64,000 nucleotides of DNA from NCBI RefSeq assembly GCF_001194135.2, contig NC_068981.1:43310224-43374223 (forward strand). The letters are read 5' to 3'. The notes beneath the pieces are model-generated. The model saw only the letters and a program-made list of their open reading frames with translations. It was not told the DNA's origin and searched no databases. A program made the translations under genes and the position numbers. Every line of letters starts with the position of its first letter. Within the stretch, counting starts at the first letter, position 1. Of the stretch, positions 48,251 to 61,486 are shown one piece after another. This DNA comes from Octopus bimaculoides (lineage: Eukaryota).

Positions 48251-48518
48251 AAGAACAACAACAACAACAATAATAATTAGTCTTTAGTAATGTTAACTGA
48301 CACTAACAACAACACTTCCAAGCAGCAACACTAAAAACAAACAACTATAAAAACAATTCAAGTTTGAAAATCTTTCCAGACTGCTAAGATTAGTACAAAG
48401 AATTATATCATCTCCTGTATATAAATATATATATATATATATATTATATATGTATATGTGTGTGTGTGTGTGTGTGTGTGCATGTGTGTGTTGTGTGTAT
48501 ATATGTATGTATGTATGC

Positions 48519-48562
<44 letters not shown>

Positions 48563-49017
48563 GTATATTGTTTTTCTAATGATGCAAAGTATTTTCAGGA
48601 CGTTGTTATCCATTAAATCTGCTTATTTTCATCAAAATAATTAAATTATTTACTCTGTAGACAATAGCAATGCTTCCTTCTTTTTTCATTTACAATGACA
48701 ATATATTACAATTATGTTTATTAAAGAAATCTTGTGTTAGCAACAATTGTTCTCATTGACTCAAAAAACCTAAACAAATGAATTCATTTAAAGATGAACT
48801 ATGAAATAAAGATAAATAAAGATAATACAGCTAAAAAATTACTTAACAAATTTCTTTATTTATTTTATAACCTTTTGAAACACCATTATTATGAAACTAA
48901 GTTATTTTGTTTGAAAACAAAGAAGTCAGCTGAAGCTTGTGAACAAAGGCTCTTTAGCCAAGACTATTTTGTCTTTCACTCTATGTAACACTATATGTTA
49001 TTTGAGGGAGAACTTAC

Positions 49018-49062
49018 AGCTATTATAGTGGGTCAATTGATTCCGAAGAGGCTCCCTAATTT
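49018..49062 (-). CDS. Candidate 45-nt minus-strand exon (IREPLRNQLTHYNS)
   Basis: Minus-strand acceptor GTTGTAATTTGCAG and donor T|GTAAGT; one open frame. Confidence 0.3.
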
Positions 49063-50009
49063 CTGCAAATTACAACAGCAAACACAATTTGCTGTTCTAG
49101 TGTATCACCAGTCTTCTCCAATTCTTCAAGCAAACTAGAATTCCAATATCCTAGATACACAGTTGCATGTTTTTTTTTTTTTTGTGATGGTTTCAGATCA
49201 GCTTCAGTATCTCTTTAATGTCCAATGAAGCCAGTGCTCACTTTGAAATCTAAAGTTTCCCAACTGTTGCTGTCATTATTTGTTGAACTCAGTGCAGCTC
49301 TTGTCGTCAAAGTGTTGGACAAAATACCTTCTATAGTTTAGTTACAGATCTTCTGAGTTCAAATCTTGCTGGGGCCAACTTTACTTTCTGAATGAATAAA
49401 ATACAGAGCTTCTATTTGCAGTGAAATGCAAGAACTTTGACAAGCACCTATTTTATTGCTGTAAAGCAGCATTTTTACTGGAATAAAACCATGTAAATGC
49501 ACAATGCACAGGCACTTGTATTTATTTTGCTTTGGACATTTCATTGCTTTATTTCATCATAAACTCTTCTTGTCTCATCATTTTAACTAATATTTTCCCT
49601 TCATATTCTACTTTCTCTTTCCTACATCACTATTGTCAAATAAAAATGAAAGTACTTTACTTTCGACATATTCATCTTCAAATTGCTTCCCATCTCATCT
49701 TTCCTCTTATCCCTCTAGCTAATTAATATTTTCCTTTGATCATGCATCACCCCTTCCAATGCCAAATGAATCAAATGTATCTATAACTGTTAATCTCACA
49801 TTTCCTAACAGCCAACCTTGATCTTTAGTTATAAACTATGTTTTGTCCAAAATTCTTCGAGAAAAGTGGAGAGACAAAGGCATAAAGAATAATATGAGAT
49901 TGCAAGTCTCAGTGTTATACTCAAAGTATTTATACTCACATTGTTCAATGAATACAAATATATGTTATTCTGCATCTACATTAATTCAAGAAGCACAATA
50001 TCTTTTTAC

Positions 50010-50502
50010 AAGGCACCCGACAAGTACTTGCGTGTGGTATTGGCATGAGTGTTTTTTATGTGGCATCAGCATAGGACATTTGCAGGCCAATCTTCTTCAC
50101 CGGGTGGAGTGACTTTAATGCTTCCGCTGTGGAATATTAGTCTTCTTGAGTACAGCAAGGTGCATGGTATCTTGGTTCTTTATCATCTCATCTGAAAAGT
50201 TTGGCATCCTGAGGTCATCCTTCAATACTTTGTCCCATATTTTCCTGGGTTTCCCTCTTTCTCGTATTCCATCTACTTTGAGAGATCAGCACTTCTTTAT
50301 GGAGCTGTCAGCATCAATCCACATCACATGATCTAACCAGTGCAGTCTTCTCTCTAGTATACTGCATCTAATTATTCTTTTGTCTAACATCTCTCTCAAT
50401 ACACTAGCACACTGTTGAACATGTACACTCACGCCACACATTCAGTAGTGCATACTAACCTCATTCCTCTCTAAACTTTGCATGACTTCTGCAGTCAGGG
50501 CC
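50010..50502 (-). mobile_element. RTE-clade LINE relic: ORF C-terminus and start of 3' UTR
   Basis: Minus strand AEVMQSLERNEV.., RLHWLDHVMWI, KVDGIRERGKPRKIWDKVLKDDLR. Confidence 0.85.
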
Positions 50503-50765
50503 TGAGGTCAAATTGTTGGTGCTTGTGTGGCAGGTGCTAGCATAACGAAAACAACCGAAATGTTTGGTGTATCAAGAAGTACAGTCTCAAAAGTAATGAC
50601 AGCCTTTGAAAAAGTGAGAAAAACCTCTTCGTTGAAACAAAACTCTGGAAGAAAACCAGAACTTTCAGATTGGGACCATCGGAGTCTTATGCAAATTGTT
50701 AGAAACGATCACAAAAGTTGAGTTCTCAAAATTGCTGCAGAGCTTAATGACCACCTCAAGAACTT
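50503..50765 (+). mobile_element. Tc1-like transposase N-terminal (paired HTH) fragment
   Basis: GQIVGACVAGASITKTTEMFGVSRSTVSKVMTAFEK..SGRKPELSDWDHRSL. Confidence 0.85.
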
Positions 50766-50964
50766 GCATGAAGATTTATCCTAACCTCAACCACAATCAT
50801 TCTTGTTAGTCAGGCAGCACTTAGCAGATAGTTTAATATGAAATCTGTTTAATTCTTTGAATCCCTACTGTATCCAAACAAACAGAATAAATATCCTTCT
50901 TTCACCTCACCTCTCTTTCTGTTTTCTCTCTCTCTCTCTCATTCTCTCTCTTACCCATATATTC

Positions 50965-50995
<31 letters not shown>

Positions 50996-51000
<5 letters not shown>

Positions 51001-51578
51001 CACTAAACTCCACTTGCGAAGACCTGTTGAGGCAAGTGAAATCGAGTTAAATTGGACACAAAACTCAGCTTGCGAAGACTTATTGGGGCAAGCGAAAGCG
51101 AATTTGTGATGGCACCTGTCCCCAGCATCGCCTTACTGGCACTTGTGCCCGCGGCATGTCTAAGGACTTTTGAGCGAGATCATTGCCAGTGCCCCTGGAC
51201 TGGCTCTTGTGCGGGTGGCACATAAAATACACCATTTTGAGCGTGGCCGTTACCAGTACCGCCTGACTGGCCTTCGTAGGATTTTTGAGCGAGATCGTTG
51301 CCAGTGCCCCTGGACTGGCTCTTGTGCAGGTGGCACATAAAATACACCATCTTGAGCGTGGCCGTTGCCAGTACCGCCTGACTGGCCTTCGTGCGGGTGA
51401 CACGTAAAAGCACCCACTACACTCTCTGAGTGGTTGGCGTTAGGAAGGGCATCCAGCCGTAGAAACTCTGCCAAATCAGATTGGAGCCTGGTGTAGCCAT
51501 CTGGTTTCACCAGTCCTCAGTCAAATCGTCCAACCCATGGAAAGCGGACGTTAAACGACGACGATGATGATGATGATA
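50996..51578 (+). mobile_element. RTE 3' UTR copy with 5 units including a higher-order dimer duplication
   Basis: Units 2-3 recur as units 4-5; duplicated TTGGACAC.AAACTC..CTTGCGAAGAC at the 5' end; full tail. Confidence 0.9.
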
Positions 51579-51779
51579 GATATATATACATATTTATGCA
51601 TATATATATATGTAAGTATGTACGTATGCACAATGTATATATGTATGCATGTATGTATGTATGTATGTATGTATGTATGCATGTATGTATGTATGCATGC
51701 ATGTATATATACATACACACAAAATCAAAAAGAGAGAGAGAGAGAGAGAGATAAATTTCTCTCTCCCTTTCTCTCTCAG

Positions 51780-51912
51780 CAGCTTCTGCAAAGAAAATTG
51801 CAACACTTATCGCAGATACACTCCAACCTGTTGACCTTCTCATCTCCAGGAGAATTGCGCAGCAAAATTAAACTCCTACAGCTAGTACTCATTGACCTAC
51901 AGAAGACTTTTG
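51780..51912 (+). CDS. Candidate 133-nt exon (QLLQRKLQHLSQIHSNLLTFSSPGELRSKIKLLQLVLIDLQKTF)
   Basis: CT-rich NAGNAG acceptor, donor G|GTAGAT, open frame 0; acceptor tract may simply be a microsatellite. Confidence 0.3.
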
Positions 51913-52609
51913 GTAGATAACCACACTATGTAGTGAGTAGGACACAAGGAAAATAGATTGTAGTTTTATTAGCTTGTAATAGCTATGCAAACCATGTAAC
52001 AAGATGCAATGAACAAGATGAGCTTTAATAATAAGTTCAGTTAAGAATTCAGTGTGTAGTTAATTACTTATCAACTGGATATAAGAGGAATCTGATGTAA
52101 TGTCCTTGGGAGTTCACTGGTCGGATAAGAATATGTGCAGTATATAGAAGATAGCAGGTGGGAAATGAAATAAGTAGCAATCCAAATTGTAAAAATCTGT
52201 GGAAGAGAAAGACAAGGGAATATATTTGCAGAAATGCTTTTGGCTTCTCTTTGGAGGTTAAAACTCCTGAATGAGATGACAACCAAAGAGATTGTATGGC
52301 TGGGCAACTTATAGAAAAATGGGCGTAAAATAATACTTACCTTGTTGCAGATACTGCTGCTATAGTTGGAATATTTTTCTTTATACAGCCATAATTTTAT
52401 GTTACTATACAATTGGTATTTTCAGTTCTCTGACTGATCACATGCAGATATTTTGCTTTATAAATGTCATGTCTCATACATCATAAAGCAATTATGTGAC
52501 TAGCAACATATGCCAACCTTTGAATAGTAACAGAGTAATCTCTGTACTGTAACAACAAAACAGCAACAACAACAACAACAACATCAACAACAAAAACAAT
52601 AACAACAAC

Positions 52610-52850
52610 CATAGCAGCAGCACCACACATCATCATCACCATCATCATAATTTAAAATCTGTCTTCCATACTGGCATGGGTTGGATGGTTTGATAAGAGC
52701 TGGCAAGCTCAAGGCCTTCACCAGATTCCATTGTCTGCTTTGGCATGGCTTCTATGGATGGATGCACTTCATATGGCCAACCTCTTTATAAAGTGTACTG
52801 AGTTTCTTTCTTATGTGGCACCAGCATGGGTGCATTTTATGTGGAACCAA
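52610..52850 (-). mobile_element. RTE tail copy (older)
   Basis: Family match. Confidence 0.75.
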
Positions 52851-53439
52851 CACCAGCTGGGTTGCCAAGTAACATTCAAGAAAAAGACCTCTTAGCTTGG
52901 AAAGAGAGTGATCCAAGGGAAGTAGTTTTGTGCCAGACGAGGGCCGATGGAGGATGTATTACTACAGAGGAGAAACTTGGCTACATCAGTAGGAAAAGAA
53001 ACAAGGCGAAGGAGAGATAGAATTAGAGAGAAAGATAGAGACAGTCAGAGTGAGAGAGAGAGTGAGAGAGAGGGTGAGAGAGAGAAATGGTTGGTGTTGC
53101 AGAAGCATCAGGACCTATTCACAGAGAACAGTGGGGATGGAATATAACTGGTACAGAGGGAATAAGAGGGGGTGTTCATAAGAGTGGGGCGGGGATGTTT
53201 GGAAATGGGGAAGCAGTAACTCTAGCAAGTGATAGTGAGAGAAAGTGGAATGGCTTGGGGCAGTATGGTGGAAATGAGAGGTGGGGAGAGTGTGAGGATA
53301 GAGTGTGGACAGGCACGTGGGGGAGAGAGGAGGGGCCTGCATGGGTCTCACTTTATGCGTGTGTTGTATGTGTGAGCGAACAAACAAAAGAAAGTGGCAC
53401 TCAACGCATTTAGTAGAAAATACATCAAAATGGAAGGTC

Positions 53440-54400
53440 TGGATGGCTATGTCTGCAGTCTGTGTGGGTAGCAGAGATTAAGTTCTCTTTCCTTGTGTAT
53501 GGGGTGCCATGCCTTCAGTGGTGTATCTGGACTATTGACTTGAAGTTCACCAGGAGGGTGTACTTCTGGTAACAACAGTAAGACATCGCTTTTCCTGTTG
53601 ATGGATATTACAGTTTAGTGGAGAATGCACAGTCCTTCACAGATGCAGGGATAGCAATTATGAACTCCAGGTGAGTAAGGTGGGGCCCTTTTAGTGATAC
53701 TCCTATCAATGTTGGGAGGAGTCATTCCAGTGATCATGAAACATCCAGATAAGTCAGCATCTGAAGGAATGCACATACCGTGTATACCTACCCTTGACGT
53801 TTTTGGCAATCATACCCTTGTAGTCCCTTGTGATGCCACCGGATGGTGTGAGGGTAGCTTTATAGACAAGAGTTCTTGAGAGGCAGCATCCTCCCAGACG
53901 GAAGGCAGTAGAGTTTCAGTTACAGGTTGGGGTTGGAGGCTATATCAGTGTGTGTTTGCTTTATTGTAGTGAGTGATATTAGAATTTATGTTATCTAAGC
54001 AGGATTAACTAACCTTTAAGTTTGGAGTGTTGAAAAGCTTATTGTACTTACGGCTCCAAGGAAAATGCTCCTTCATCAATGTCAGGAAGCTCCTAGCTAT
54101 GTTGATTGAAACTTCTGAGCCAAAAAAGTAGATTGAAACTAATAATCTTTTACTTTCTGGTTCTCTTCTGGCTTGGGGACAGGGACCTCTATATATATTA
54201 GCTTCACAGTGAATCTGTTCCTCACTAAGGCTTCTTTGCAAGGAAGACGGCCATATTAAACATTTGTCTGTCTACAAGGTACTTAACTTCTGCTGATGGT
54301 ATGAACCATAAACTTATCCACTCAAACCATCCGGTTTTATATATGTTCTGTAATCTTCCATCATTGTCTTTATGTATTTGTGTTACACATATGTATATAT
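53440..54400 (-). mobile_element. Penelope-like element relic (RT/EN linker plus GIY-YIG)
   Basis: FLTLMKEHFPWSRKYNKLFNTPNLKVS; LVYKATL..DYKGMIAKNVKGRY; SITKRAPPYSPGVHNCYPCICE. Confidence 0.8.
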
Positions 54401-54730
54401 GTTTCCTTTCATTCCCCAGCACCACCAAATCCTAATCTAATGACAAATCTGGTTACTCCCTCAATGACACTGTTCCCACCATATGGTATGAAACACATCA
54501 TACCAGAAACGTTCTGTGGGACAAACCAGTTGTAGTTCAGGCTTACACCACTAGAAGCCACTTGATGTGACCCTCAGGCATCAGTCTGCTGACTGACATT
54601 GTTGACTGAAGTTTTACTACCACATGGTGTGCCTTTGTTTTGCAGTGCTTCTCCTCTGTGTGTACATACATTCACATGCACACACACTTGATTGAATCAA
54701 AATGTTCTTCATATGTCAACCTTAAATAAA

Positions 54731-55670
54731 TATTGGGTCATTCCATAAACAGTGTAGCTTTTTCATACTTCTTTTTATTTTTCAGAATTAAGATAAACAA
54801 AGTTTTTTTTTAATCTAAAATATACTCTCCTTCATTTTCTACAATGTTCCTCCATCTATCTGGTAGACTTGCAAAATTCATCTATCTGGTAGACTTCCAA
54901 AATTCACTTGTCCATGGTGAAAAATACTCCTGCAGTACTGTCGTGACTGCGTCTACAGAATTCATATTTTTTCCGTCCAAATGATTTTGAAGACTGCAGA
55001 ATAAATGATGATCAAATGGGGCAATGTCTGGCGAATAAGGTGGTTGAGGCATCGTTTCCTATTCAAACTGCTCCAGTCTTTGGAATGTCATCCTTGCTGT
55101 ATGTGGCCGAGCATCATCCTGATGGAAGAACACTTTTTGTCTTGAAACCAAAGATGGTAATTTTCTGATGGCACGCAGGTATCAATGGATGGTTGAAAGA
55201 TCAAATCCAAGCTTTTCTTCAGCAGTTACAACGGGATTTTGTTCCACCAGGGTTTACAGGACATTCTTGTTGAGCTCTACTGATCTTTCAGGACAAGGAT
55301 CATCTTCTAGGCTGTAGTTTCTGGCTCAGAATTTCTGAAACCACCATTGACACTGGTTTACGATTATTGTCGTCTGATCCTCATATACTGCATTTAATAT
55401 TCCTCACACTTTCTGTTGCATTGTTGCCTTTATTGAACTCACAAAGCGAAATATGCCAAATATGCTCCTTTGTCACTTCCATTGTAGCTTTGAAAAAAAA
55501 ATAACTACTAAAATCGAACTGCACTCTTCAAACTTTGCACTAAGAATAAGGACAAGGTAAAATTACTACCTGCTTTTATAGCTAGTTGATGCAGGTAGTT
55601 TATCCCATCCCCTCCAACTTTTAGATCATGCAATTGAAAAACACTGCATTATTTACAAATTGCATAAGAA
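54731..55670 (-). mobile_element. Internally deleted mariner transposase relic
   Basis: Minus strand MEVTKEHIWHISLCEFNKGNNATES; LPHQDDARPHTA-like segment; QPPYSPDIAPFDHHLFCSLQNHL; LPDRWRNIVENEGEYI*. Confidence 0.85.
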
Positions 55671-55674
55671 AAGC

Positions 55675-56070
55675 ATTTATTCATCAAAACATATTCCATC
55701 ATATTCTATTGCCTGTTGCTATCATTGTGCCAAAAGCTCAATTCCATGCTTATTCTATTTGGTTGGTTTAGAGGAGAAAACTCCCTGCACCCATTTCCAG
55801 CCTCATTGACATTGTTGAAGTGAGACATAGTTCAGAAAAGGTGGTAATCTGACAGTGCAAGGTCTCCGGACTGCAGGCAGTGGGGAGGTAGCACTTCCAG
55901 TCCTTCAATTTCCTTAAGTTTGCACTTGGTCACATTATCAGTGTATGCTGGAGCATTGTCAAGCTGTAGGAGTGCACATTTTTGATCAATCAATGCTGGA
56001 TAGCCCAGGCTTTCAGTGCATCACATATTCATTGTAGCTGTTGAGCATGACCATGTGAGACAAGCTCAAT
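55675..56070 (-). mobile_element. Second mariner relic (C-terminal part)
   Basis: LLQLDNAPAYTDNVTKCKLKEIEGLEVLP..PDLALSDYHLF with frameshifts. Confidence 0.75.
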
Positions 56071-56588
56071 TCTGTGATATAATACATACATCTGAGTATC
56101 TGTGTATATATGGATATATATACACAATATGAGAGATCACTACGTGGATCCCTTGTATGCTAAAAATAGACGTCAAACTGTCTTACTACTAAATCTGTGT
56201 TCTCAACTTAGTAAGATGGTAAATGTTTATAAGCTAGACAAATGAAACAAAATAAACATAGCACCTATACATACACATGCACACACACACACTTACTGTT
56301 AATAAAAGCCAGGTGTGTGTTGCGTACCATTACTTGATAAATAGAAATATTCATGGTAAATAAATAATAGTAGATAAAAAAATCTATACATATGGTGAGT
56401 GTCTCCAATCCAGTTGTACACTCAGTATATGTATACATTTTTCATCTGTTGTTATTTATTTAGAAAGTATTTTTTCATTTATTACATATATATGCTGAAA
56501 CCATAATGATATCTGTGGGGCATCTGATGATAGAAGCATGTTGGATTGTTGGTATGGCTGTGGAATAGTATTATAACACATCCTCTTG

Positions 56589-56644
<56 letters not shown>

Positions 56645-56685
56645 ATATAAACGATGATGATGATGATATATGTATATACATATAT

Positions 56686-57014
56686 ATCATCATCATCATC
56701 ATTGTTTAACGTCCGCTTTCCATGCCAGCATGGGTTGGATGATTTGACTGAGGACTGGCAAGCCAAAAGGCTGCACCAGGCTCCAATCTGATCTGGCAGA
56801 GTTTCTACAGCTGGATGCCCCTCCTAACGCCAACCACTCCGAGAGTGTAGTGGGTGCTTTTATGTACCACCAGCACGAGGGCCAGTCACACAGTACTGGC
56901 AACGGCCACGCTCAAAAAGGTGTTTTTTACATGCCACCTGCACGGGAGCCAGTCCAGTGGCACTGGCAACAACCTCGCTCGAATGATTTTCTAATGTGCC
57001 ACCAGCAGAAGTGC
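56686..57014 (-). mobile_element. RTE 3' UTR/tail copy running into a gap
   Basis: Family match. Confidence 0.9.
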
Positions 57015-57672
57015 NNNNNNNNNNNNNNNNNNNNNNNNNNNNNNNNNNNNNNNNNNNNNNNNNNNNNNNNNNNNNNNNNNNNNNNNNNNNNNNNNNNNNN
57101 NNNNNNNNNNNNNNNNNNNNNNNNNNNNNNNNNNNNNNNNNNNNNNNNNNNNNNNNNNNNNNNNNNNNNNNNNNNNNNNNNNNNNNNNNNNNNNNNNNNN
57201 NNNNNNNNNNNNNNNNNNNNNNNNNNNNNNNNNNNNNNNNNNNNNNNNNNNNNNNNNNNNNNNNNNNNNNNNNNNNNNNNNNNNNNNNNNNNNNNNNNNN
57301 NNNNNNNNNNNNNNNNNNNNNNNNNNNNNNNNNNNNNNNNNNNNNNNNNNNNNNNNNNNNNNNNNNNNNNNNNNNNNNNNNNNNNNNNNNNNNNNNNNNN
57401 NNNNNNNNNNNNNNNNNNNNNNNNNNNNNNNNNNNNNNNNNNNNNNNNNNNNNNNNNNNNNNNNNNNNNNNNNNNNNNNNNNNNNNNNNNNNNNNNNNNN
57501 NNNNNNNNNNNNNNNNNNNNNNNNNNNNNNNNNNNNNNNNNNNNNNNNNNNNNNNNNNNNNNNNNNNNNNNNNNNNNNNNNNNNNNNNNNNNNNNNNNNN
57601 NNNNNNNNNNNNNNNNNNNNNNNNNNNNNNNNNNNNNNNNNNNNNNNNNNNNNNNNNNNNNNNNNNNNNNNN
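57015..57672. other. Assembly gap
   Basis: N run. Confidence 1.
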
Positions 57673-57829
57673 TGAACAGCCATGCTTCATGACAGTGAAA
57701 CATGGGCCATGACTGCTGAAGACATGCGTAGGCTCACAAGGAATGAAGCCAGTATGCTCCGATGGATATGTAATGTCAGTGTGCATACTAGACAGAGTGT
57801 AAGTACCTTAAGAGAAAAGTTGAACCTAA
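57673..57829 (+). mobile_element. RTE ORF fragment
   Basis: AMLHDSETWAMTAEDMRRLTRNEASMLRWICNVSVHTRQSVSTLREKLNL. Confidence 0.9.
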
Positions 57830-57998
57830 TATATGACGGGCTTCTTTCAGTTTCCGTCTACCAAATCCACTCACAAGGCTTTGGTCGGCCCGAAGCTAAA
57901 GTAGAAGACACTTGCCCAAGGTCCCATGCAGTGGGACTGAACCCAGAACCATGTGGTTGGTAAGCAAGCTACTTACCACACAACCACTCCTGTGCCTA
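57830..57998 (-). mobile_element. SINE family D head
   Basis: Reverse complement of the 40222 head (GACGGGCTTCTTTCAGTTTCCGTCTACC...GTGGGACTGAACCC). Confidence 0.9.
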
Positions 57999-58139
57999 TG
58001 TGTATGTGTGATGTAATAAGTTTGTGGTAATAAGAATATACAGGATTGCTGTGCTTGAAAAGATACCTCATGCTAAGTAAAAGTGTGGTTGCTCTTTCAT
58101 ACAGGCTCCTCTCCTGCATCCCTCTCCGGCTGAGTGTTC

Positions 58140-58415
58140 CTAATTTTGCTGGCTCATAGATACTGGTGCCATGTAAAAAGCACCTGTACTGGTGCCATGT
58201 AAATGCATGCATGCCAGTGTTGCGTAAAATCACCCAGTACACTCTGTAAAGTTGTTGGCATTAGGAAGGGCATCCAGTCATAGGAACCATGCCAAAACAG
58301 ACATGAAGTCTGAACAGCCCTTTAGCTGGTCAGCTCCTGTCAAACTGTCCAACCCATGCCAGCATGGAATATGGACGTTAAGTGATGAGGATGATGATGA
58401 TGATGATGATGATGA
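58140..58415 (+). mobile_element. RTE 3' UTR/tail copy
   Basis: Family match, (GAT)n end. Confidence 0.8.
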
Positions 58416-59252
58416 GGTGTATTTGTGTATAATGTTGGTAATGCATATGTGTGAGTGATGTGTTAAACCGTGATGAAATACATGTGCGTCGATAGTTTGG
58501 GTGAAGCTGTGTGTCTTGGTATAAAATGATATGATACCTTCCTCTATGTGGATGCAGCTGAGAAGTAAGAAGACACACTCTTGTGCTTGCATGTGTATGT
58601 GCATGACTGATATTTTCAGTCTGTATGGATATTTAGACATCATTGTTGGCTGTTTCACATGTCTGAGAATTTCAATTTCCTTCTGACTGAGAGGCATTTA
58701 GATATATAGGATTAGTGTACATGGTCTGTGTGATATGTGTGTGAGCGTGATATGTTACAGCTGGGTGCAGTGTGGAAAGGTAGACTGTGGTGTAGTTATG
58801 CAAACGTGACTGAGCCAAGGGAAGGAGCATCCGAGGTGGAAAATGAGACATTGTTGTTGGTGATAGCAGAAGTAGGGAAGCTAAGGTGAGTGTGTATATA
58901 TGTGTATATGTATGCTCATATTTGCATATATTTAAGCATCTATATATGTACTTATGCATATACATTTGTTTAGGTGTATATATATGTGTGTGTGTGTGTG
59001 TGTGCGTGTGTGTGTGTGTGTGTGTGTATATGTATATATGTATGTGTATATATATATATATATACTTACACACACATATATAGATATGTGTGTGTATGTA
59101 GATATGCATATGCACACACATACAGACAGACATACCTTACTATTTCTGTGTTTTTCTTATATTTCTCCAGTAACAATCTACATGTCTCAGCAATATTAGT
59201 GTGTATTTTTGTATGTGTGTATGCATATATATTTTATACGTAAAGACTGATG

Positions 59253-59286
<34 letters not shown>

Positions 59287-59641
59287 TTCACATATATTGA
59301 CACGAATGCAGCAAAATATGTAACCCATATATATATAAGCACCCATAAAATTAAACATATATGTATACATTTATACATTCATACATATATATAAATTCAT
59401 GTTCAAAGGAAATCAGCTATCTTTTATCTATAACTTGCAAATATAAAACAAAATAAAAAGAAAAATCCACCTAACCTGCTACCCACGAAGCAATATACCT
59501 ACCTACCTACCTACCTATCTACATACATACATACATACATACATATATACAGACACACATGCATAAGTATGTATGTATGTATGCTCTCTCTCTGTGTCTC
59601 TCTGCTGTCTCTCTCTTTATCTATCTATCTATCTACGTATG

Positions 59642-59672
<31 letters not shown>

Positions 59673-60067
59673 NNNNNNNNNNNNNNNNNNNNNNNNNNNN
59701 NNNNNNNNNNNNNNNNNNNNNNNNNNNNNNNNNNNNNNNNNNNNNNNNNNNNNNNNNNNNNNNNNNNNNNNNNNNNNNNNNNNNNNNNNNNNNNNNNNNN
59801 NNNNNNNNNNNNNNNNNNNNNNNNNNNNNNNNNNNNNNNNNNNNNNNNNNNNNNNNNNNNNNNNNNNNNNNNNNNNNNNNNNNNNNNNNNNNNNNNNNNN
59901 NNNNNNNNNNNNNNNNNNNNNNNNNNNNNNNNNNNNNNNNNNNNNNNNNNNNNNNNNNNNNNNNNNNNNNNNNNNNNNNNNNNNNNNNNNNNNNNNNNNN
60001 NNNNNNNNNNNNNNNNNNNNNNNNNNNNNNNNNNNNNNNNNNNNNNNNNNNNNNNNNNNNNNNNNNN
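59673..60067. other. Assembly gap
   Basis: N run after (TA)n. Confidence 1.
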
Positions 60068-61486
60068 ATTGCTTGAAATTTATATTATTATTATCATTAT
60101 TATTATTATTATCATCATCATCATCATCATCACAGTCACCATCACCACCATCACCATCACCATCATCATCATCACCATCACCATGAACATCATCATCATC
60201 ATCATCATCATCACCACCACCACCACCACCATCATCATTATTGTCGTGTTAAGGTTTGGTTTTGAGTTTTGTTTTTCTATACTTGAGATTTTCGTTCAAT
60301 AACTTCATTAGTCAATACTTTTCATCAATGTAACCAAAGTCTAGTTTTTAAATGTGAACTTACCACTTTGTTGCTTATGTATTACAGCTATAGCTTCACT
60401 ATGTGGGTGTACGTATGTGCATGTGCTTGTGTGCATGTGCTTGTGTGCATGGATATATTTGTATGTATGTATGTATGTATGTATGTATGTGTGTATGTAT
60501 TTCTTTTGACAGTTAGCAAATCAAGGGTGCTGCAATAGAGAGATGGGGAAAATGAGGGTCTAATATGGCTTGTAACTTGAAATTTATACCTGTGCTAGGA
60601 AAACTCAAAAGATAGAAATAGAAAAGGAAAAATAGATCAACAGAAAATACCAATGTGTAGAGTATATTCATGTGTGTGTATGTGTATCTTTAAGAGAGAG
60701 GAAGGAGTAGTAGACACCAAAGCATGGAATGAGAGAGGGAGGGGAAGAGGGGAGAGAGAGAGATGGCAAGTGATATGTATCTGCGAAAGAGAGATGAAAA
60801 TAGAGAAAGATGAATATAAAATATGCATATATATGCTTCTGTATGCATATGTGAGCGAAGTTGTAGAAGGAAGGAGTGAAAGGAAGAGAGAAAGGAAATA
60901 GAATACAGAATTTGTGGTTACGCCAAATTTGAGGTCATACCAAATTTGAAGTTCCACTAATGTGGTGCAGCAATAAAAATCATCTGACCAACTGTGATTT
61001 TTCTTTTTTCTTTTTTTATTTTTAAGCTCATTTCCTTTCAATGTAAACATAACTTTCAGTGGTTAAGTTAGTGTTAACATATTTAAAGCAGGATGTATAA
61101 AAATAAGAATAAAAAATCTAATCAGAATTCATCATGTGGTCTAGAGAAAATAAATATTAGTTATTTACCAATGTTGTTTCAATTCTTCATCAAAGTATGC
61201 AAGACATCTCTGGTTATGTTTAGGTCTTGTTTTATCTATCTCCAGAGAAGTATAAACATCATTTCACTTGCTGATGTTGTATAAGAGAATTAGTACAAGA
61301 AAGATGTTAAGAGGGTGCTAGCTTACTTGATGTAATAAGGCAAGAAATTTTTATTAATTAGATTACATCCTTAATGATAAAATGGATACCTAATTCTGCT
61401 AAAAATAAAAGCAAGGGAGCCAAACACTAAATTTTAAATAAACAAGTAAATTAAATACAATATGTAGTAGGAAGTATGGTCTTTAA

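Noticed and set aside
52900-53400. Purine-rich ORFs 52947-53413
   Set aside because: Low-complexity GA-rich sequence, probably a decayed repeat; no recognisable domain.
56850-57786. Long 230-308 aa ORFs (also at 15744, 41956-42717 and 59559)
   Set aside because: Length comes from N-gaps translated as X.
58278-58697. ORF starting MPLSQKEIEILRHVKQP, like a kinase alphaC segment
   Set aside because: No further kinase motifs, no convincing splice sites, and it runs into an RTE tail.
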